A stretch of 64,000 bases of DNA from the NCBI GenBank assembly GCA_963712745.1, contig CAVQJC010000001.1:320001-384000 (forward strand), written 5' to 3'. How positions within the stretch are numbered: position 1 is the stretch's first letter; each line of letters starts with the position of its first letter. The translations under genes and the position numbers were made by a program. Origin of the DNA: an uncultured Chloroflexia bacterium. Its GTDB lineage: Bacteria > Chloroflexota > Limnocylindria > Limnocylindrales > CSP1-4. The notes below the pieces were generated by a model. It was not told where the DNA came from. It was given only the letters and a program-made list of their open reading frames with translations, and made no database searches. Below, in pieces: positions 57,864 through 64,000 of the stretch.

Positions 57864-58318
57864 CACGCGCGCCGGTGAAGTCTGCGGGTGCTGGCGCGGT
57901 CGGCGTAGTTCACGTAGTCGGCGGGCGTCGCGCGCATCGGATCAGCCCATGCATCCTGCTCGGCTGCTCACCGAAACACCGCATGTGGCTGCAGCGGCCG
58001 GGATCGAGGGAGCGACGTCAGGTCGTCGCATGAGAGGTGCCAACTGGAGGCTCGGGTGGCGTCTGACGAGTATCGGCCACCCTTGTGTGGCGATTTGGTG
58101 CATCAGAGGCACCAAACGGCGATCGCGACGGCCATCTGGCCATTCAGGCAGCCCCGATCCAGTGCTCGGGGGTCACTTGGCACGCGTGATGCAACACGGC
58201 CCCGACGAGCGCGCGCGTGATGCAAAGAGTGCCAGGGGGCGCTCAGGTAGGCCTTGAAGGTGAGCGTTGAAGGCCGGCTGGACTCGACGCGCGGGTCGCG
58301 CGCCACGGCGCCAAGGGA

Positions 58319-59134
58319 CTACGAGCGCTTTGTGGCTTCGGACAGGGACATCACCAGTGCAGCCATGCGCGAGATGTCATGCCCCTCTGGTCCCAGGGCA
58401 TCGACAAGGGCGCTGGCAACGATGACGCCATCGGCCAACTGTGCCAGCGAACGTGCATGGGCAGGCTTCGAGACACCGAAACCGACTGCCACCGGTACGG
58501 GGCTGACAGCACGGATCTCCTTGAGGAAACGGCCCACGCCGGGCGGCAGGGACTTGCGTGCACCAGTCACGCCAGCGAGCGAGACGGCGTACAGGAACCC
58601 CTGGCTGCGCGAGGCCACGAAGCGGCGGCGATCGACCGGCGTGGTCGGTGCGACCAGGTAGATGATGCCGATGCCGTGGCGCGCAGCCTCCTGTTCAAGC
58701 TCAGCGCCTTCGTCCGGTGTCAGATCGGCGAGGATGAAGCCCGATACGCCGGCCTTGCCGAGCCGCTCGAGCACGTTGGCACCGTCGCGGCCACCGAGCA
58801 CTTGGTTGACATAGCCCATGGCCACGAGCGGTGTGTCCGGACGTGCGGCGTGGATGCGGCCGACCAGCTCGATGGATGCGTCGAGGTTGGCACCGGCCGC
58901 GAGCGCGATGGAGCTGGCGCGCTGGAGCGTGGCACCGTCCGCGAGCGGGTCGGAGTAGGGCAAACCGACCTCGAGGATATCGGCGCCGCCATCGATCAGC
59001 GCGATGGCGATGCGGGCCGACGTCTCCGCGTCGGGATAGCCGGCCACAGCGTACGGGATCAGCGCTGCTCGGCCATCTGCGTCCGCGGCAGCGAAGGCAG
59101 CCGCGATCCTCATTGGACCTGCTACGCCAGTCAC
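58319..59134 (-). CDS. trpA: Tryptophan synthase alpha chain
   Basis: [31 protein letters not shown]. Confidence 0.95.
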   Translation of the reverse strand: MTGVAGPMRIAAAFAAADADGRAALIPYAVAGYPDAETSARIAIALIDGGADILEVGLPYSDPLADGATLQRASSIALAAGANLDASIELVGRIHAARPDTPLVAMGYVNQVLGGRDGANVLERLGKAGVSGFILADLTPDEGAELEQEAARHGIGIIYLVAPTTPVDRRRFVASRSQGFLYAVSLAGVTGARKSLPPGVGRFLKEIRAVSPVPVAVGFGVSKPAHARSLAQLADGVIVASALVDALGPEGHDISRMAALVMSLSEATKRS

Positions 59135-61970
59135 GCTACGCCTCCCGCGTGCATGCCCGCCATGAGGCGATCCTCGATGGCCGCGATGTCCTTGTCACCA
59201 CGTCCCGACAGCCCCATGAGCACGATGTCGTCGTCGTCGGGTGCCGCTATCGAGGTCCCACGTAACAGCTCGATCATGGCTGACACGGCATGGGCCGGTT
59301 CCAGCGCGGGCAGGATGCCTTCGGTCATCGTGAGCAGCCGCACCCCCTCGAGCGCCTCTTCATCGGTCGCGCTCAGGATCTCCAATCGACCCGCCGCATA
59401 AAGCGCCGAGAGCTGCGGTCCGATGCCCGGATAGTCGAGCCCAGCCGAGATCGAGTGCGCCTCGGTGACCTGGCCATCGTCATCCTGGAGCAGGTATGAG
59501 CGCGACCCATGCAGCACACCGGGAGTGCCGCCGCCGAGAGCAGCCGCGTGCTTGCCGTCAAGGCCCTCCCCCGCCGCTTCAACGCCGATGATGCGTGTTT
59601 GCGTTTCGCCGATGAACCGCGCCAGCAAACCGATGGCGTTGGAGCCACCGCCGACACAGGCGATAGCGATATCCGGCAGGCGGCCCTCGAGCGTGTTGAC
59701 CTGCTCGGCGGCTTCGTCGCCGATGACGCGCTGGAGGTCACGCACCAGGGATGGGAACGGATGCGGCCCCACGGCAGACCCGAGGATGTAGTGGCTCGTC
59801 TCGACGTTGGTGACCCAGTCGCGCATCGTCTCGTTGACGGCATCCTTGAGCGTGGCCGTGCCCGAGGTGACCTCACGTACTTCGGCACCGAGCGCGCGCA
59901 TGCGCAGGACGTTGGGTGCCTGACGGCGGATGTCTTCAGCGCCCATGTAGACGACACAATCGAGGCCCAGCAGGGCACAGGCGGTCGCGGTGGCCACACC
60001 ATGCTGGCCCGCGCCGGTCTCGGCGATGACGCGATGCTTGCCCAGGCGCAACGTGAGCAGGGCCTGACCGAGCGCGTTGTTGATCTTGTGCGCACCGGTA
60101 TGGTCGAGGTCTTCACGCTTGAGGTACAGGCGCAGCCGACCAGGTTCGCGGCCCGCCCGCAGTTCCAGCTCGCGCGCGAGGCGATCGGCACGGTAGACCG
60201 GGGTGGGCCGACCGACGTAGTGATGCGAGAGATCACGTAGCTCGGACCAGAATGCAGGATCGATTCGGATGGCTTGGTATGCAGCCTCAAGGTCGAGCAG
60301 CGCAGCCATCAGCGTCTCCGGCACGAAGCGGCCGCCGAACTGGCGTTCCACGCCCCAGCGCCCGTGTTCATCCGGCTCGAGCAGGCCAGCATCGACCGGG
60401 TGGGGGCCGAACGCGACCGTGGGCCGGTCGAGGCGCGCGGCGCTGGCGCGCTTGATGAACAACGCCACCCTGAAGGGGTCCTTGACTGGACCGCGCCGAG
60501 CCCGAGGTGCAACCTCGACGCCGCTGGAGACGTCCACACCGACGGCCGGGATATCGATCAAGGCACCGGCTACGTTGGACGCGTCGAGTCCACCAGCCAG
60601 CACCACCGGCGTACGCCCGGCGATCGTCTGGGCGACCGACGCCGAGGCACGCTGCCCGGTGCCGCCGAGGACCCCAGGTGCAGCCGTATCGAGCAGGATG
60701 GCGCGCAGGTTCGACCTGGACTCGTACTCCACCACATCGGACAAGAGCGCCGCGAGATCAGGTGGGCTGAGCTGCGTGTCGCCCGCGGGCACGTGCAGGA
60801 CCTTGAGCACTGGTAGCGGGATCAGATCCAGGTCGGCAGGCCGGCTCGCTGCCATGCAGCTGCACCATGTCGAGACCCAGCCGAGTGGCCATGGCCGCGA
60901 CCTCGGCCGGATCCTGGTCGGCGAAGACGCCCACCAGCAAGGGTCCATTGCCCGGCGATCGAGGCCACGCGCGATGGCGATCAGCTTGGTCGCCTGGGCC
61001 TCATCGAGGACGCGCGGACTGCCGGGCACGAAGTTGAAGCCGATAGCATCCGCGCCGGCCGCGATCGCGGCCGCCAAGCCGTCGGCCTCCGGGATACCGC
61101 AGATCTTCACGAACGGCTGGCGGCCGTCGACGGCAGGATCGACGCCCGGTCCCGCCTTGCGTGCCAGCGCTCACCAAGGTGGCGACGCGCGACTCGATCT
61201 CGCCGGGATCGGTGCCACTGCGCATCAGGTCTTCGCCGACCAGAGCCGCATCGAAAGCGAGTGCCCGCCAGCGACGCAGCGTGCTCGCGTCCCGCACGCC
61301 CGACTCCGCCATCACGAGGCGATCGTCGGGAACCTGCGAGCGCAGCCGGTCGGAGAGCTCGGCATCGACCTCGAGCGTGCGCAGGTCGCGGTTGTTGATA
61401 CCGATAAGGCGCGCTTCGGTGGCCACCGCCGCTGCCAGTTCCCGCTCGTCGTGCGCCTCCACGAGTGGCTCGAGGCCAACACGCTGGGCCGCCCGCACCA
61501 GGCGCGCCAGTCGCTTGGGCGGGTGCAGGGCAGCGAGCAGAAGCACGGCGTCAGCGCCGGCTGCGCGAAGCAGTGGCAGCTGGCGTGCATCGACCACGAA
61601 CTCCTTGGCCAGGATCGGCAACGGTGGTGGCTGCGCGCGCCAGCCGAAGATCGTCGAGGGAGCCACCGAACCAATGCGGCTCGACGAGCACCGAGATCAT
61701 CGAGGCGCCGCCGGCCTGGTAGGCACGAGCGCGCTCCGCCACGTCGAGCTCGCCATCGATCATCGCGCCAGCCGAAGGCGAGCTGCGCTTGATCTCGGCG
61801 ATGAGGTGTAGGCCGGGGCGCGCCAGACGGCCGACCACGTCACGACGAATAGGCCCGGCGCCCGATGCACGCGTGACCGCACGCAGATCGTTCGACCCGA
61901 ACTCGGTGGCAACGTCCTCGGCGCGTCGTGTGGCGATCTGGTGCAGCACCGAATCCGCTCTCGTGCTCAT
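59131..61970 (-). CDS. trpB: Probable TrpC-TrpF-TrpB fusion (TrpF-TrpB junction open; TrpC joined across a presumed indel)
   Basis: TrpC motifs [26 protein letters not shown]; TrpF motifs [23 protein letters not shown]; TrpB motifs [44 protein letters not shown]. Confidence 0.85.
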
Positions 61971-63018
61971 GCCTGGGCCCCTTCGCCGCCACGCCCGGCA
62001 CGCGCCCGCAGACGCTGGAGCAGGTCGAATGCCGCCCCAGAGCCGATGGTCTGCTCAGCCAGCGCCACCCCAGCCCGGAGATCGCTCGCGAGGCCGGCCA
62101 TCTCCAGAGCCGCGGCAGCATTCAGCACGACCACGTGCCGCGCCGGACCGTCGAGTTCATCGCGCAGGATGGCTTCGACCAGGCGCGCGTTGGCTTCGCC
62201 ATCACCCCCGGCGAACTCGCTCGTGGACGCAACCGGCAAGCTATGGTCGGCACTGGTCACGGTCCGCCGAACGATGCCCGCTGGCGAGACGTCGAAGATG
62301 ATGCCGCTGTCATCGAGCGGCAGCTCGTCGATGCGGTCGCCGGTGACGACGAAGGCACGTTGCGTGCCCAGGGCGTGCAACGTCTCAGCCGCCTTTCGGG
62401 CCACCGCCTCATCGGGCACTCCCATCAACTGACGAGTCGGTTCAGCCGCATTGGCGATGGGGCCGATGAAGTTGAAGGCCGTGCGTACGCCGAGCTCCAT
62501 CCGAACCGGACCTGCGTGACGCATGCCGGGGTGGAAGGCTGGCGCGTGCAGATAGGCATAGCCATCTTCGCGCAACGATGCCTCCGCTTCATCCCGGTCC
62601 AGCTCGACGGCCAGCCCCAGGGCACGCATGACGTCGGAGCTGCCCGAGATACCCGACACCGCCCGGTTGCCGGTCTTGGCCACGGTCACGCCGCTCGCCG
62701 CGGTGACCAGCGACGAAGCCGTGGAGATGTTGAAGGTCTGGTGGCCGTCGCCGCCGGTGCCGCACGTATCGATGGTGCCATCGGGCGCCGGCACGTGGAT
62801 GGAGCGCGAGCGCAACGCGCGCACGAAGCCGGTCAGCTCGTCTGTCGTCTCACCGCGGACATGCATGCCCACGAGAACGCCCCCGAGCTGCGCGGGCGTG
62901 ACCTCACCATCGAGCACCGCGGCCATGAACGACTTCCGCAGCTGCCGCATCCAACGTCTCGCCAGCGGCGACGCCACGCAGGGTCGCACGGATCATGTCG
63001 CTGGTGGCTATCGGTCAC
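61967..63018 (-). CDS. trpD: Anthranilate phosphoribosyltransferase (indels at the 5' end)
   Basis: DTCGTGGD, FNIST, KTGNR, GSSD, RTAFNFIGP. Confidence 0.93.
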
Positions 63019-63115
63019 TGGCCTGGACACTCCCTCTCGTCGCGTGGCGGAGGATAGATGCTACCCGCTCAGGCAGGGCACTGGTGACATGGGCGTCGCC
63101 TGCTATCGTGCGAGG

Positions 63116-63853
63116 GTGACGAGCGAACTCATGGCGCGACCCGATACAGCCAGCGATGCACCCACACCCGAGGACGTGCGGGTCGCCTTCGCCGATCTGT
63201 GGGGTGACATGGGCCCAGCCTGGAACGTGACCCCTTCGGTCGCGCGGGTGCATGGCTACCTGCTCGCAGCGGGCGGCCTCAATACCGAGCGTGAGGTCCG
63301 TGAGGCCCTGGGCTTGAGCCACCGAGCAGCCTCGCTGGCGCTGGGCGAGCTCGAGGAGTGGCGCCTGGTCGAGCGTGTCGACGATCCCCGGCGCGAGGCC
63401 CGGCCCGGACCGTCGGCCATCGCCTGGAGCGTGGTGGGTGATCGCTGGCGCTGGTTCCAGCGCGTGGCGGAGGAGCGCCGAGCGCGCGAGGCAGACCCGC
63501 TGCAGCCACGTTTGGCAGCCTGCATCGAGCTTGCGGACCAGGCCATCGCGGCCTCACCGGATGACACCGAAGCCGCGCGATTGCGCGAATGGCTGACGGA
63601 GATCCAGGGCTTCGTGACGCTCTTCGAACGAGCGCTGCGGACGCTCTCGCGAGCCGAGACTGGTGAGATCGCACGCGGCTTCGCGGTCCTGGCGCGCATC
63701 AGCGATGAGACCCTCGACAACCTGCTGCGCCTGTTCGGTTCGCTGCCCGAAGATGAGCTGGCAGAAACGCTCGACGCCATCTCCAGGGCCTCGCCGACGA
63801 CAGCGCGACGCGTCATGAGCGCCGCCAACAAGGTGGCTCGGCTGAGCCGCTAG
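63116..63853 (+). CDS. GbsR/MarR-family transcriptional regulator with C-terminal extension
   Basis: FADLWGDMGPAW..VARVHGYLL, wHTH segment LGLSHRAASLALGEL. Confidence 0.7.
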   Translation: MTSELMARPDTASDAPTPEDVRVAFADLWGDMGPAWNVTPSVARVHGYLLAAGGLNTEREVREALGLSHRAASLALGELEEWRLVERVDDPRREARPGPSAIAWSVVGDRWRWFQRVAEERRAREADPLQPRLAACIELADQAIAASPDDTEAARLREWLTEIQGFVTLFERALRTLSRAETGEIARGFAVLARISDETLDNLLRLFGSLPEDELAETLDAISRASPTTARRVMSAANKVARLSR

Positions 63854-63902
63854 GCGCACCCTACAATCGGGTGATGGCACCCGTGACCGATCGAACGACG
63901 TG

Positions 63903-64000
63903 ATGCGCGCGCTCATCAAGCAGGCGCCAGGCGCCCACAACGTTGGGTTGGGCTCGGTGCCGCGGCCCACGCCGGGCAGCGATGAGGTCCTCATCGAGGT
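63903..64000 (+). CDS. Zn-dependent alcohol/threonine dehydrogenase, N-terminus only (truncated by the window)
   Basis: MRALIKQAPG...VPRPTPGSDEVLIE. Confidence 0.6.
   Translation, partial: MRALIKQAPGAHNVGLGSVPRPTPGSDEVLIE

Noticed and set aside
61928-63853. 641-aa ORF as a large regulator
   Set aside because: The first ~400 codons are antisense to trpD; only the part from GTG 63116 has regulator features.

Overview
High-GC bacterial chromosome segment, most likely Chloroflexota and probably class Limnocylindria/Ellin6529 (inferred from 16S motifs, the long Bacillus-type SRP RNA and gene order). It is mostly core genome: tRNA Thr-Tyr-Thr, clpC-radA-yacL-ispDF-cysS-rlmB, rpsA, fpg, one full rRNA operon (16S-Ile-Ala-23S-5S, minus strand), tadA-tRNA-Ser x2-ffs-dnaX-ybaB-recR, pfkA, glnS, aroE and trpD-trpCFB-trpA. 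Accessory blocks include a phnDCEE-dGTPase-nucleotidase operon, an RNase/barstar pair, a heme-DOMON/Rieske/cytochrome b-c cluster with a divergent two-component system, and a ~3.2 kb islet at tRNA-Arg. Many essential genes carry 1-bp indels that look like long-read assembly errors, so several CDS limits are reconstructed across frames. The strongest signal is a pair of observations. The syntenic tadA has lost its catalytic Glu (HAE to HAV, as in eukaryotic Tad3) but keeps its Zn ligands. The Arg tRNA at the usual Arg(ACG) position has anticodon GCG. Together these suggest inosine-free CGN decoding with a retained pseudo-deaminase. Other highlights are a probable TrpC-TrpF-TrpB triple fusion, a four-unit 11-bp OmpR/PhoB-type operator, an ~800-aa S1 with acidic tails and a structured leader, and an actinobacterial-type 23S insertion.
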